Assembly (NCBI GenBank): GCA_030141605.1
Contig: JAQGDQ010000104.1
Coordinates: forward strand, 372,001-436,000
DNA: 64,000 nucleotides
Direction of reading: 5' to 3'
From: Tubiluchus corallicola
Lineage: Eukaryota; Animalia; Priapulida
The position numbers were made by a program, and so were the translations under genes. Below, one piece after another: positions 11,391-23,693 of the stretch (the first letter of the stretch is position 1; each line of letters opens with the position of its first letter). The notes beneath the pieces were generated by a model, which was given only the letters and a program-made list of their open reading frames with translations, did no database searches and was not told where the DNA came from.

Positions 11391-13316
11391 TTAGCTTTGA
11401 GCTCGATGCTGTTGCCGCTGCTGTTGCCGCTGCTCCAGAGTAATCATATAGGTCAGAACACAAATTATGCCGAAGAAAGAAAATGCAAATGCTGAAAGAA
11501 CAACGGTATTGTTCATGCCCTGTGAATGTTGTTTATCATGCAAGGCTTCTGGTTCTCGATGGTCTACATGTTGAGCTGGGATTGTGACATCCACTCGAAC
11601 TGAACTGCACCGCTCGTCTTCATCAAATTCTGGAGATCCTTCTACACAAGCCAGCACAATAACTGGCCATTTTCCTACTGCTAAACCAGACTCAAGAACG
11701 TCAAGACCAGTAGTAAAAATAACTCCTGTTTCCCGGATTGTGAAATACTCGCCCATGGTAAGTATCCTAAATTTCACTTCGTCTTTAGGGGTTGCCTTAA
11801 CCGTCCCAACGTAATCATTTCCCAATGTAACAGTGAAATTGTACTTCTCTTTCTCAAATTTTGGATTTCTCTTAATTTCTAACACGGTTATTTCCACGTC
11901 GGCTTGACTGGACAACCGGGGCTGCAAAGGGTTAAAAGCTGTTACAATCAGCTTCTTAATTCCGGGAGTCAGTTTTCTGATGTTTGTAACTAAGCCATCA
12001 TTGTCCACATTAAATTCGGTGGTAAGATCACCTGACTCTTTCTTCAGTTCGTAAGAAAACTGGGGCCGATCTACACGTATTACATCTTTAGCTTGTACGC
12101 GCAGTACCCGCCGACCTTCTGGTAAGCTTTCATAGACAGTAGCTCTGTATACTGTCTGTTTAAATTGAGGAGTCCAACCTAGCATTTCTACTGAAATGTG
12201 AATAGCTGATACGGCAGTGTAATAGATGGGTTCGTCCTTTTCTCCATGGTAAGTAGCTCTGATTGGCAGAAAATACTCTGATTCAGTTATCCTTCCACTT
12301 ACGACTACGTCGCCTACTTCACCAGTTGGATTACTATCGTCGGGGTTGATAATTCGAAAAGGTTTTGGTTCTTGCTTCATATTCAACAACTCATACTTTA
12401 TGTGCTCATCGTATGATTTCTTCTCTCCATCTATTGCTGAAATTCTGCTTGGTTCTACTTGCAGTATTGTACCAATCGGGTCAGTGTCTCTAATTCTGGC
12501 TGTATACATTTCTTCTTCAAATATAGGGTTTAGCATGTAATCTAATACTTCAACATAGAATCTTTGCTTTTCTTCCCTAGGAACCATGCCACTCGGTAAT
12601 TGATCTATTCCACGTGGAGCTGTGTCTCTGATGGTGACTGTTACCACGTAACTTTTCTGAGTCTCATAATCAAGTTCTTCTTTTAGCAAAATTTGACATA
12701 TAGAGGTTCTGTTGCCTTTTAGCTTCGCCTCAAACTTGGTACTATCTCCATCGATCCAGCAATCCATTAATAAGTTGGCAGGGGGTAGAATATCATAATC
12801 CTCAATAGTGAGCTGTCCAATTTCTGTTCCAACCAATGTTTCCTCTGATACAAAGAGTTTTGATTGTGTATACTTTCCAAATGCTGGTGCATGGTTATTA
12901 GCTCCTACAATGTGAACATTCACTACGAGGTCAGTACTTTTAAATATATTCGTTAGCTGTCTACATTGCATTTCAACCTTTATATCAGTTTTCCTGTCTT
13001 TGCTATCCAATGATACCAGAAATGCTTTTACATCTTGTTTGAGTATAACATAATAGGCATATTTTGAATCTCCTTTGTATCTTTTTTCTATCTTAAACAG
13101 GTTATCATAATCGTTTGAGTAAGTATTGAGTATATAACCTTCTTTGTCGTCGAAAAGCATCACTCTCATGTCTTCTAAATTATCCTCTCCTACGTTCACG
13201 GTTTTATTAAGGGGAAATGCATCTTCGCATGTTCCCGAAATCAGGATTACTTCAACACTAAATAAGATTAGAAGTAAGGTCATAGAACTTAGTATGGTTT
13301 CTTTAACATTGTCCAT
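11391..13316 (-). CDS. Atypical cadherin-like type I membrane protein, subfamily B (B1), 641 aa, uninterrupted CDS
   Basis: Signal peptide; EC motifs VSEETLVGT, IEDYD, ELDYET, NPIF, VYESLPEG, NPKF; C-terminal TM (VVLSAFAFSFFGIICVLTYMITL) and a short Gln/Arg tail. Confidence 0.93.
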   Translation of the reverse strand: MDNVKETILSSMTLLLILFSVEVILISGTCEDAFPLNKTVNVGEDNLEDMRVMLFDDKEGYILNTYSNDYDNLFKIEKRYKGDSKYAYYVILKQDVKAFLVSLDSKDRKTDIKVEMQCRQLTNIFKSTDLVVNVHIVGANNHAPAFGKYTQSKLFVSEETLVGTEIGQLTIEDYDILPPANLLMDCWIDGDSTKFEAKLKGNRTSICQILLKEELDYETQKSYVVTVTIRDTAPRGIDQLPSGMVPREEKQRFYVEVLDYMLNPIFEEEMYTARIRDTDPIGTILQVEPSRISAIDGEKKSYDEHIKYELLNMKQEPKPFRIINPDDSNPTGEVGDVVVSGRITESEYFLPIRATYHGEKDEPIYYTAVSAIHISVEMLGWTPQFKQTVYRATVYESLPEGRRVLRVQAKDVIRVDRPQFSYELKKESGDLTTEFNVDNDGLVTNIRKLTPGIKKLIVTAFNPLQPRLSSQADVEITVLEIKRNPKFEKEKYNFTVTLGNDYVGTVKATPKDEVKFRILTMGEYFTIRETGVIFTTGLDVLESGLAVGKWPVIVLACVEGSPEFDEDERCSSVRVDVTIPAQHVDHREPEALHDKQHSQGMNNTVVLSAFAFSFFGIICVLTYMITLEQRQQQRQQHRAQS

Positions 13317-15033
13317 GTTGATTTATATCTAAGTTTAACAGTTTATTTTTTGTCACCCTAATTTCGCAAACAGCACTGTGAGATAAATTATAAATAAATA
13401 AAGTACTTTTTCGGAAATGTTAAGGCTAACAAATGCAGAAGTTTCTAACAAATTACACATGGAACAGCTGATTTGCACCTACTGATGAAAGTCGTAATTT
13501 AAATTGTCATTCGACATTCTTTATAATATTCATCTTTTTCGTTAAGTTGAAGTATCGTTCAAGTTCACGGTATACGTAAACCAAGTTGCAAATCAAACTC
13601 TATTTACACTCACAGATGTGAAAGAGAGTTTGAACAGCACTCACGTTGTATTTTTGTACCATTGCGAAACAATTCCCTTTGCTATTTCGTCACTTTCCCA
13701 AGAGCTTAATAAATTAAGGGTGACACATATAAGATAATAGTTTTGTGAGATTGTATGCTTTAGAATAACGACCTCAGATTCTATGTGATAAGAAATCACC
13801 TCAACATTGTTAGATTTGGATTTCGAGACAGTTGTTGATTTTTCTTTCAAAGTGTCACAATGCTAAAGTGATTGTATTTGTATTCATTCATTGTGTTTTT
13901 GCAAATTTGTAGCTCCTTTAAACGGGCGACAAAGTGAAGTGCTTTCAGGAATAGATCTTTTCTACACGTGCTAGAAGAACGTATAAACAATATACCCCTT
14001 GTTAATTTGATCGTGTTATCACTCGCTTAATCAGTTATAGCGGTTTAATTAGTTAACTATCTTTAAATTGATTTAAATTCCGTGTGATTAAAAAAAATGA
14101 GTTGATTTGCTAGAAAGATTAGCTAAGATGTCTTTAGTTCAAAGCAAAAAATTGAAGTAGTTCGTTAATTCGCCATTTAATTAGAGTTGTTTAATTAACT
14201 CTTTTTAAATTAATTGAAATTGCGTGTTCCCATTACTTAACTGAGTAGAAATTTCTAACAATGATTAGATGAGATGTGCAGTTCAAAAAAAATAACTTAG
14301 ACAAACAATTATAGTTCTTAATTAAATTATTAAAAAAATTCGTTAATTTAAAACAAATTTATATTTCAGAAGTGTATGGTACCAAAAATGTTATTAAGCT
14401 TCATTCATTTGATACCCTTTTGCCAGTTCTGGTGTTTTTTAGTATATATTTACCTTGCAAACCTTGATGCTCGCGCAATAAATTTTCAATTTTTTTTTTT
14501 GCTTTGACATTTCTCATGTTAATCTTGCTGGTATTTATTTATTTTGCTATCAAGAACCACATAACAGCTACAGTAACAACAAAAACAACAACGGGACCAA
14601 TCATAATTACATGAACACAATGTTTTTGTACCAAACCTGACCAAAACAGACGAAACGTTAAAGGAGAAACCTTTTACTACCTTTGATTTCTACTTCCAAC
14701 TAATCCTTCAGCTCAAACTGCATAGGCGTACAAAGCGGGGAGTGGGTGGGGCGTTTGCCGTTCCAGGGCAAATGAATTGTACGTTTTGGGGGCAAAAAAC
14801 TGATTATTTTCATACAGATAATTTTGTTGTAAAATTTCAAGATTTAAGATTTCAACATTCTAAAATTACTTACGTACTGCATTAGACTTACTTTACTTCA
14901 CTGGCTGCAATAATGTGTTTTCTGTACAACGAATTGTTTTTAACGTTTAATAATTGTGAATTTATAATAGTGCATGCTGTCAATTTTAGTTCACTAAACC
15001 TTATAAGTCCTTTTTACGCTTGTTAGGTGGCTG

Positions 15034-15143
15034 CAGGGCCTATTTCAAGAGGGGGGGGAAGTGGGGATACTTCCCCGGGGCCTCACCCTCCAGGGGGGCC
15101 TCGCGCCAAGGTAACATTTTTTTGCTTTATGCGAACATACTGC

Positions 15144-15216
<73 letters not shown>

Positions 15217-15470
15217 TTCGCCGCACGTGCGCCGTTTGCCAGTATTGACAAGTATTAAGGACTGGTCTTGAGAATAAAGCAGTTTTTCTTTCAATTGTTC
15301 TTTCCTTTAACAACTGCATAACCCCATATTTTCTCTTCGAAAATGCTTCTCCGGCGTTCTAGCAGTTCAAAAATTTTCTGGGCGCCAACCATGGCAGCGC
15401 TCGTCCCCCTCCCCGATGGGGCTCACATGCCCCACTTCCCCGGGCCTCGCTTAGGCTGAAATAGGCCCTG
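15034..15470. mobile_element. Non-autonomous hAT-type MITE with internal (CT)n
   Basis: 14-bp TIR CAGGGCCTATTTCA...TGAAATAGGCCCTG. 8-bp TSD GGTGGCTG (15026-15033) / GGTGCCTG (15471-15478). Confidence 0.85.
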
Positions 15471-15549
15471 GGTGCCTGCTCTTGAAAATGCTAACAAAGT
15501 TGTAATATATGTCTCCTTCCCTCAAACTAGGACGACTTGGAAAATTTTT

Positions 15550-15700
15550 ACCAGAAGATTTAGCCTTGTGCTGACGCGACCGCTTTCGGTCTGGGAGGTC
15601 GTGAGTTGGACGCAGCGGCCGAGTCATACCAAAGACTTTAAAAATAGACTTGCTATTCATCTGCCTGGTAATTAGGGTAAAAGTGGAGTAATAATAATAA
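15550..15700 (+). mobile_element. tRNA-derived SINE with Meta/MESC-like central domain (decayed)
   Basis: tRNA-like head, then GAGTCATACCAAAGACTTTAAAAAT and an AAAAGTGGAGTAATAAT tail. A second copy lies on the minus strand at 58409-58562. Confidence 0.65.
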
Positions 15701-16445
15701 ATGTTGTGTAGTTGTAGGTTGTTATTTGCAGTCTGCGATAATAGCTCTTGAAGCTTATGTTAATTGCTCATCCAAAAGCCGAATATCTGGATTGACATTA
15801 GTAATTCTGTCTGTTGCAATATTAGAGAGGTATACCGTGCGAGAGAAGTATTTTCCAGTATGGGTCTTACTAAAGTACACTAAACAGTTATCATGTATTT
15901 CTGAGAAATGCCAGCTCTCTTTAAAAGTCATAATCACCAGAATGACCTGTGGAGTCATGGAAGCAAGGTTAGTGTTAACACAGCAAAACACGACAGTTCC
16001 TTTCATAAGGTGTTTACTGCAGTCTTTATTTTCTAAAGGAAAAAACAAAAGAATACATAAAATTTGCAGTAATTCAATTTGAACAAAAAATACAAAAATT
16101 TGAACAAAAAATTACACAGACAATTGTTACGTAATAAATATACTTAGATTTACAAATCACTTACTTCGTTCGGCTAGAGAGCGCACACTGTATATGGTTG
16201 AAGCATAACATTAAATTTCTTACATAAAAATTGCATTGTCCACATTACATGTTAATCTCCGCAAAAAAACCAGACAACTCTGCTAGCAATTGCCCACTTG
16301 TCCCCTTTAGTTTTTGGCTCTCTCATGCGGGAAAAATAAAAAAAACAAATTATATGGGTAATTGGGTAACTTGCCCATAACAGTTAGACGTTGTAAATGT
16401 TAATGCAAATTACGGAAATGCAACTTTTTTATTCTGAAGCATGAA

Positions 16446-16508
16446 TGAAGAAGACGAAGAAGAAGAAGAAGAAGAGAAGTAGTAGTAGTTGTTGTTGTTG
16501 TAGTAGTT

Positions 16509-16569
<61 letters not shown>

Positions 16570-16640
16570 CAGTAGTAGTAGTAGTTGTTGTAGTAGTAGT
16601 AGTAGAAGAAGAAGAAGAAAACGTAATAGTAGTAGTAGCT
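16446..16640. repeat. Compound (GAA)n/(GTA)n/(GTT)n trinucleotide microsatellite
   Basis: Direct reading. Confidence 0.95.
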
Positions 16641-17498
16641 GTAGAATAGGGCAAAGAAAAATTGAACAAATTCTCCATCAGTTTTCCTTTCTATTTGGTC
16701 GCTTTTAGTGTTACTTTTGTTGACGTCTTTTCATTTTTTTCATAATCTTGTTTAGTTTATCTAAAATCGTTGTAGTTATCTTGTTGGCTACACTGCAATT
16801 GTGTCATAGTGCTCGTGACCATGCTAATTGTAATGCAATCTTTATTGCCATCAACTTTATTTTTTGCTCTTTCTCATTCGTGTCGATTTATTCTTATCTC
16901 AACACCACCGTTGTTTTACCTGTACAGCTGTTTTTTGAACCACACCGCTTAGTGGTCGTGACTTTTATAGGTAGCTCTGTTAGCTTACGTTAATTACTGG
17001 ATGTTAAGGTAGCACATGAGAGTAATTGTATCTTGCACACTATCTACTGCCATATAATTAGCTTCATATTATCAATGATATTGGCTGCCTGTGACGTAAT
17101 TAGCATTATCTCTAGAAAAGACAATGCACTTAAAAGTCAAAAATCAACAAACGAAACGTTTGGAACGCAAGAATTACTTCTTCTATACTAGGTGGTGGCA
17201 TAACTAGTAGCAAAGGAACGTTTGTTCTAGAGAGCACATAACAGAGCTTCGCGTTTTTATATTGAATTGCATAATTACATTTGTGCACCACACTTACCTC
17301 ACGAACTTACCCTCAAGACCTCACGTAAGAATTAGAAATAGCACGATACGTTGAATTCTTTCTTGGATGTATGCTTTTTGTGCAGATCGTCTCACATTAA
17401 AATTAATGTCCGTGTGACTTGATTAAATTTAACAGTTACAGCTGGAGCAGTGCATTTATTATTCATTTTATATCTTATTTTGTGAAAGTATTGTTACC

Positions 17499-19448
17499 AT
17501 GGTTAACGCTAGAGGCATTTGCCTTGATGTTGCAGCTGTCATAGTAACGATGGTAAGTTTCAAAGCAACACTCGCTTTAAACGTGTGCCAGGGTGCATTT
17601 CCTGAAAACAAAGAAGTAATGATAACAGAAGACAGCAAGGCAGGGTCAAGCGTGGAACTCTTCGAACAAAATCCAATATACTTAATTACGATCAAGTCTC
17701 AAAATCAGCTCTATAAGGTAGATAACAAATATAAATCACAATCACCTAACGGAACCAATAAGTACGCCTACTATCTTGTACTCAAACAGGACGTATCAAA
17801 ATTTCTGAAATCACAGAGGTCGTCAGATAGAAAAGAGGTGATGGACATACACCTAAAATGCTGCAAATTGCCAAACATATATCGATATGATGACATGGTA
17901 GTGAAGGTTAAGTTTAAAATGAAGAAGAAGAATGCAGTAAATTTTAGAGAGGGCATAATGAAGAAGAAGAATGCAGTAAATTTTGGAGAGGGCATACTCA
18001 CTAGATATCCCGTAAAGGAAGACACCTTAGTTGGAACAAGAGTAGCACACTTTATTATCGTCGATAATGTCGGCACTTTTACGTTTTGCTGGCAAGATGA
18101 TGATACGAAGAGTAACTCCAAGTTCGAAGTGAAATTCCAGGGTGAAACTAGCGAGTGTGAGATTTTCTTGCGAAAAGAATTGAACTATGACCAGCAGGCA
18201 GAGCATAAGGTGATTGTCTTTGTAACAGATTCAGTTCAACCTAATCCCTATGATGAGAGAAAAATGAAAAGGATATTCACTTTTAATGTAGTAGAGTCCA
18301 AGGTAAATCCAGTGTTTGACGCAGAAATGTATTATGCCACAATAAGAGAAAATGCCCCAGTAGGAACGATAGTAAAAGTCGAGCCAAATAGAATTCTGGC
18401 ATTGGATGGCAAAACGGGGAAACAGGATGCAAACATAATATATGGTCTGGAAATTGGTGGTAAACCTTTTCGATTTGTCAATGCAGATAACATAGAAGGA
18501 TCTGGGGAAACTGTAGGAGACTTAAAAATCACTGGAAGAATCACGGAAGCCGAGTATTTTATGCCAGTCAAGGCCTCTTATAGAAACCGAAAGCCAAATG
18601 AACCTGAATTCTACGCTGCAATTACAGGTATACTCATTACAGTAGAACCCGATGGAGTACCACCAAGGTTTACTCAGAGCGTGTATAAAGCTACCATTTT
18701 GGATACCGTTACAGTAGGTCGGGAGGTCCTCCTTCTGCAAACTCAAGATTCTGCCCGGCCATCCATTCCTAATTTTACTTACAGTCTGCAGACGAATACT
18801 GGCAATCCTGTAACTGAGTTCACAGTCGACAGTGATGGTATTGTCAAAACTACTAAAGCACTAACTCCAGGGATAAAAAAATTCCGTGCAATTGCTGCAG
18901 GTGCAGACGCGACCAGAACAGCTGATGTTGAGGTAACCGTCTTGAAAGTAACTAAAAAAAATCCAACATTTTCAAAGGATACATACGAGTTCAGATTTGC
19001 TATTAATGTTTCTGCAGGCGAAATCTTTTATGACAAAGACAAACCTCCTGAGGTACGAGTGACATCTCAGGAAGATGTTACATTTAAGATACTTACCATG
19101 GATGAGTATTTCGTCATTGAAAGCAGCGATACAATCGGGATTATTACGGGCACAGATCTGTTGTTAACTTTGCAACTGGGAAAATACAATCTGATTGTCC
19201 TTGCCTGTGCGGCAGGGAATCTAGAAGTTGAGGAAGACGAGAGGTGCAGCGCTGTTAAAGTAATTGCCACAGTTGTAATGAAGGAAGAAGGCTGGATTGA
19301 GGCATTGCATCACGAGCCAACAAATGCACAAAGTTATCGCCTGAACGAGGTTCTCATACTCAGTGCATTTGCAGCAACTTTGTTCGGCATCATTTGCATT
19401 TTGATATACCTGATTACTTCGTCCCGCCGCCATAATATGGAGACTTAA
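17499..19448 (+). CDS. Atypical cadherin-like type I membrane protein, subfamily A (A3), 649 aa, uninterrupted CDS
   Basis: Long ORF paralogous to A1/A2 and more distantly to B1; signal peptide, about 5 EC-like domains, TM (VLILSAFAATLFGIICILIYLI) and SRRHNMET tail. Confidence 0.93.
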   Translation: MVNARGICLDVAAVIVTMVSFKATLALNVCQGAFPENKEVMITEDSKAGSSVELFEQNPIYLITIKSQNQLYKVDNKYKSQSPNGTNKYAYYLVLKQDVSKFLKSQRSSDRKEVMDIHLKCCKLPNIYRYDDMVVKVKFKMKKKNAVNFREGIMKKKNAVNFGEGILTRYPVKEDTLVGTRVAHFIIVDNVGTFTFCWQDDDTKSNSKFEVKFQGETSECEIFLRKELNYDQQAEHKVIVFVTDSVQPNPYDERKMKRIFTFNVVESKVNPVFDAEMYYATIRENAPVGTIVKVEPNRILALDGKTGKQDANIIYGLEIGGKPFRFVNADNIEGSGETVGDLKITGRITEAEYFMPVKASYRNRKPNEPEFYAAITGILITVEPDGVPPRFTQSVYKATILDTVTVGREVLLLQTQDSARPSIPNFTYSLQTNTGNPVTEFTVDSDGIVKTTKALTPGIKKFRAIAAGADATRTADVEVTVLKVTKKNPTFSKDTYEFRFAINVSAGEIFYDKDKPPEVRVTSQEDVTFKILTMDEYFVIESSDTIGIITGTDLLLTLQLGKYNLIVLACAAGNLEVEEDERCSAVKVIATVVMKEEGWIEALHHEPTNAQSYRLNEVLILSAFAATLFGIICILIYLITSSRRHNMET

Positions 19449-19739
19449 CGAAATGTATTCCTCTGTATCTAAACAAACCGACATTTTTTGGGTTTTTTAG
19501 TTGTTAATTTCAATGTTCCTTTTCATAACAAAATTAAGTTTAAGGTTTTTGCTTTTTTACGGTCAGTTTTGTGACTTTTTTGCAGTCTGAGTAACTCATG
19601 TTTCATTTGTTTGGCGTGTTTGGTTTATAATATTTCTTGTTTGTACAACTAACATTATAAAACATTTAGTTACATAATAAAAGTTGCTGTCATAAATCGT
19701 GAGTCATATTCCTGATTATAATTCTTATTCCTGGAGAAT

Positions 19740-20010
19740 ATTCATTCATTCGTTCGTACATCCAATTGTTCGATCATTCATTCGTTCGTTCGTCCAATTG
19801 TTCGATTATTCATTCGTTCTTTCATTCCTTCCTTCCTTGCTTGCTTGCTTTATTCATTCGTTAACTCATTCATTAATTCACTCTTTCTTTCTTTTATTAA
19901 TTCATTCATTCATTCATTCATTCATTCATTCATTCATTCATTCATTCATTCATGCATTTTTTCTTTCATACATTAATTCATTTATTCAGTCATTCAGTCA
20001 CGTATTCATC
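19740..20010. repeat. Degenerate (ATTC)n microsatellite
   Basis: Direct reading. Confidence 0.9.
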
Positions 20011-20134
20011 CATTTTCAGTTCCACAACATGGATAGGAAAAACAACTTGTAAAAATTAACTTGAAAAACCTTGTCAATTTAATATGGCATAATTTTTTAT
20101 ATATAAGTAATGAATCAAGCCAGTAATCACCCAT

Positions 20135-21335
20135 TTCGCCAGTTAGCATTTCGCAATGGTTACATATCTGTCGTTTCACCATTTTGTCAGTTTATCATTT
20201 CCCCAGTCAATCCTTTCGCCAGTCTATCTTTTCGTCAGTGCATCGTTTTGCCAGTCTATCTTTTCGCCATGGTGCCATTTCGCCAGTGTATCGTTTTGAC
20301 AATTATAGTTAGAAAAGATGCAGAAAGAGCTTAATAAGAATATACTTCGCTAGCGCATCTCTTCACCAGTGCATCTTTTCGCCAGGCTCTCATTTCGCCA
20401 GCGTGTCATTTTGCCAGTCCTTCATTTCACCCGTTTATCTTTGTGTCAGTGCATCATTTCAGTGCATTTCAAGATTTCGCCAGTGTTAGAGTTAGATGAT
20501 AATCTCTAGTTTTAAAGAGCGTGGCAATGGATCTGGGGGAGTGATTATGGAAAAGGTGCTGAACGTTAGGAAAGGTCACAGCTACACTGCTGGTAAATAA
20601 TTGATTGGACTCTCACTGCTAAAACGAGATGGATGGGAAGCAGCTTCCTTTGGGAGTAACGGCTCCACGAAGTCGTACACTTTTTACTATACATTATGGG
20701 ATAAAAGGGTTTGGAAAATGATCTGTACACAACATCAATAAGTAAGTGGCAGTAGTGTGGCACACCGTTGAATAGGCAGTCGGGTCGCCATCTGCCGCCA
20801 TGTTGGTTAGTTATGGATTCCCAAATTTGAAAATGTTAATTTTTTGTCTTAAGCTTTAAGTATGATGCAGAAATTGGTCTAGGAAAACGGTCATAGCGTG
20901 GCAGCCCTGTGGCGGTACACTTCATTGGATAGAGAATAGACTCTACTATCACCATTGGGCACCATCTTTGTAGGTGACCCTTCAGCCTTGAGTAACCTAA
21001 GGATTTTCTAACATAGACCACTCCCTTAGTTACAATTAAAACATTTCTTATTAGAAGTGTAATGAACAAACCTATGTATTGCACTGCTTCTAATAACAAA
21101 AGATGGATTGGCGAAGTATCCCATTATTTAAAATTTTAAATACTTATTATACTACTTCTAATATCAACTGGTGTAAAATTAGACTGACGAAATGATGCAC
21201 TGGTGAAACGTACTACTACATACTTTCTACACTATTTCTACTATCACTTGGCAAAATGATATACTAGCGAAATGATGCAAACGCGAAAAAATAGCTTGGC
21301 AAAATGATGGAATGGCAAAAAGATAGACTGGCGAT
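20135..21335. mobile_element. Foldback-like element with inverted arms of ~19-bp tandem subrepeats
   Basis: Left arm has TTT(C/T)GCCAGT units (20150-20490); right arm has ACTGGCRAAA units (21165-21335). Exact termini not resolved. Confidence 0.55.
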
Positions 21336-22718
21336 ACACAACTGATCAAGCGAGGCCTATGAATCTCTCATCTGTAAAGCAATATAATTGTATTTCTTGC
21401 CAGGTCGCAGTTTGCAGAGTGACAAACCATAAAGTACTACTTTTGTCTGTCTGTCGGCTAACTGATAAACAAAAGAAATCAATGAAAGAGCAGATTGATT
21501 TGTTTACCAAAAGTTTCAAATAAATAAATAAGAAACAAAAATTCACAATCATTAACACAATTTTAGGATAACTTGAGCATAAAAAATTTCGGTGCATTTT
21601 AGTATTCTCTCAACCGCAATTTATTAAAAATATTGAAACTTTTTCTTTTTATTAAGAAAGCACATTATGCAGCATAAAATAGCTGGCACTCTACGCGTCA
21701 TTGCTATATTTGCACATTTCTGGTCACTGAGAATTGGTATTGAGAACTACCTTCAAGGTAGCGGGGGGATAGTTTGCATTGCTGAATAATTCATATGACT
21801 TAAAATGATATTTCAACTTTAAAAAGGAGGCAGGAATTAAGACTGAAAATAAAATTTTAAGTGTGTCCTCATTTGAGGTAAAGAATCCCTGTTTGAGGCC
21901 CAATTTTTGAAACAAAAGGCCCTTGTTTCGGGCCTCTTATTTGAGATAAGGGCCTCTCTCTCTCCGAAGTCATTTATTTGAAATATTGGGCCCCCAACCG
22001 CAAATGTTGCTGAAGCACCCCACAAGTGAAAAATGTTCGAGACGAGTGTGAGCAACTTAAATTTCATTAGCCTAGGAGTTCCTAAACGTCATAAAAAGTG
22101 GTAGTTTCCATAAAAGTTAAATTGCTGATAGTTCTCGTTTTAGTTACCTGAACAAGTAGTGTTCAAATGACAAGAAAACGCCTAGTTAAAGCAAGTCTCA
22201 GAAAATTTTTGCTAAAGAATTATAACGGTTAGAGGAACACTTAAGCGTTTGTCATACTCACGTTAAAAGAATTTCCTGTTTGTTTTCATTTTAAATACAC
22301 CCGGGAGACTGTCACAGCGGCGCCATATTAGATGGTGTCACAGAATCACAACACGAATCTTTATAGGACACGTGCTCAGAACTCACTGCGACTGTGTTCG
22401 AGTGATGTCATGCCACGTGATCCGTCACATGCCGGCTTTTCAATTGGCGGACTAAATGAAACATGTCTGCGCCAACGTTTACTGCAGCGGTTGAAATATT
22501 TTACAAAAATTAGAGTAAATGCGAAAACGTACTTCATTCGCTTAAGATTATACTTAGGTGATATAATTTTTTGTTGCGAATTTTCTGAGGCTTACTTTGG
22601 TTGGCCATTTTCTTGTCCTTTAATTAAACCACAAACCATGATATAAATAAAATTATAAGCCAACGGCAGTAAAGTGATGAGCTACAAAATTAAAATTTGA
22701 ACTACAAAACTAGTCTTT

Positions 22719-23693
22719 TTAAGTGATTTTACTTTGTGGTATCGTGGTGTTAATGATGAAGCCATCACTGTCCACAATAAATTCTGTGGTAACATCACCT
22801 AACTCGTTCTTCAGTTCATAAAGAAATTGAGGCAGATCTGTGCGAATTGAATCTTCAACTTGTATATGCACCACTTGACGACCTGCTGGCAAGCTTTGTT
22901 GGACAGTAGTTCTGTACATTGTCTGTTTAAATCGAGGAGTCCTACCTGGCATTTCTACTAGAATGTGAATAGCCGATGTGGCAGTATAATAAATGGGTTC
23001 GTCCTTTTCTCCATGGTAAGTAGCTTTGATTGCTAGAAAATACTCTGGTTCAGCTATCCTTCCACTTACGACTACGTCGCCTACTTCACCAGTTGGATTA
23101 CTATCGTCGGGGTTGATAATTCGAAAAGGTTTTGGTTCTTGCTTCATATTCAACAACTCATACTTTATGTGCTCATCGTATGATTTCTTCTCTCCATCTA
23201 TTGCTGAAATTCTGCTTGATTCTACTTGCAGTATTGTACCAATTGGGTCAAGGTCACTAACACTGGCTGTATACATTTCTTCTTCAAAAATGGGATTTAC
23301 CGTATAGTCCAATACTTTAATGTGGACGTTATGCTGTCTTTCCCTTGGCACCATGCCATTTGGTAATTGATCTGTTCCTCGTGGAGCTGTGTCTCTGATG
23401 ACCACTGTTACCTCGTAGGTGTTCTGGGTATCGTAATCAAGTTTTTCCTTCAACAAAATTTGGCATACAGAGGTGGTGTCGGTTTTTAGCTTCGCCTCAA
23501 ACTTGGCACCGTGCTCAGCAATCCAGCAGTCCATTAGTAAATACGCAGGAGTTAGAAGATCATAGTCCTGAGTAGTGAACTGACTAATCTTAGTTCCAAC
23601 CTGAATTTCTTCTGACACGGTGAAATTTGTCGGTGCATACTTTTCAAATGTTGGTGCATGGCTATTAGTTCCTACAATGTGAACATTCACTAC
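22719..23693 (-). pseudogene. Cadherin-like B2, 3' fragment (EC2 to part of EC4); last domain and TM missing
   Basis: Clearly paralogous to B1 (RDTAPRG, NPIFEEEMYTA). Homology ends after DSDGFIINT at ~22745. Confidence 0.88.
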
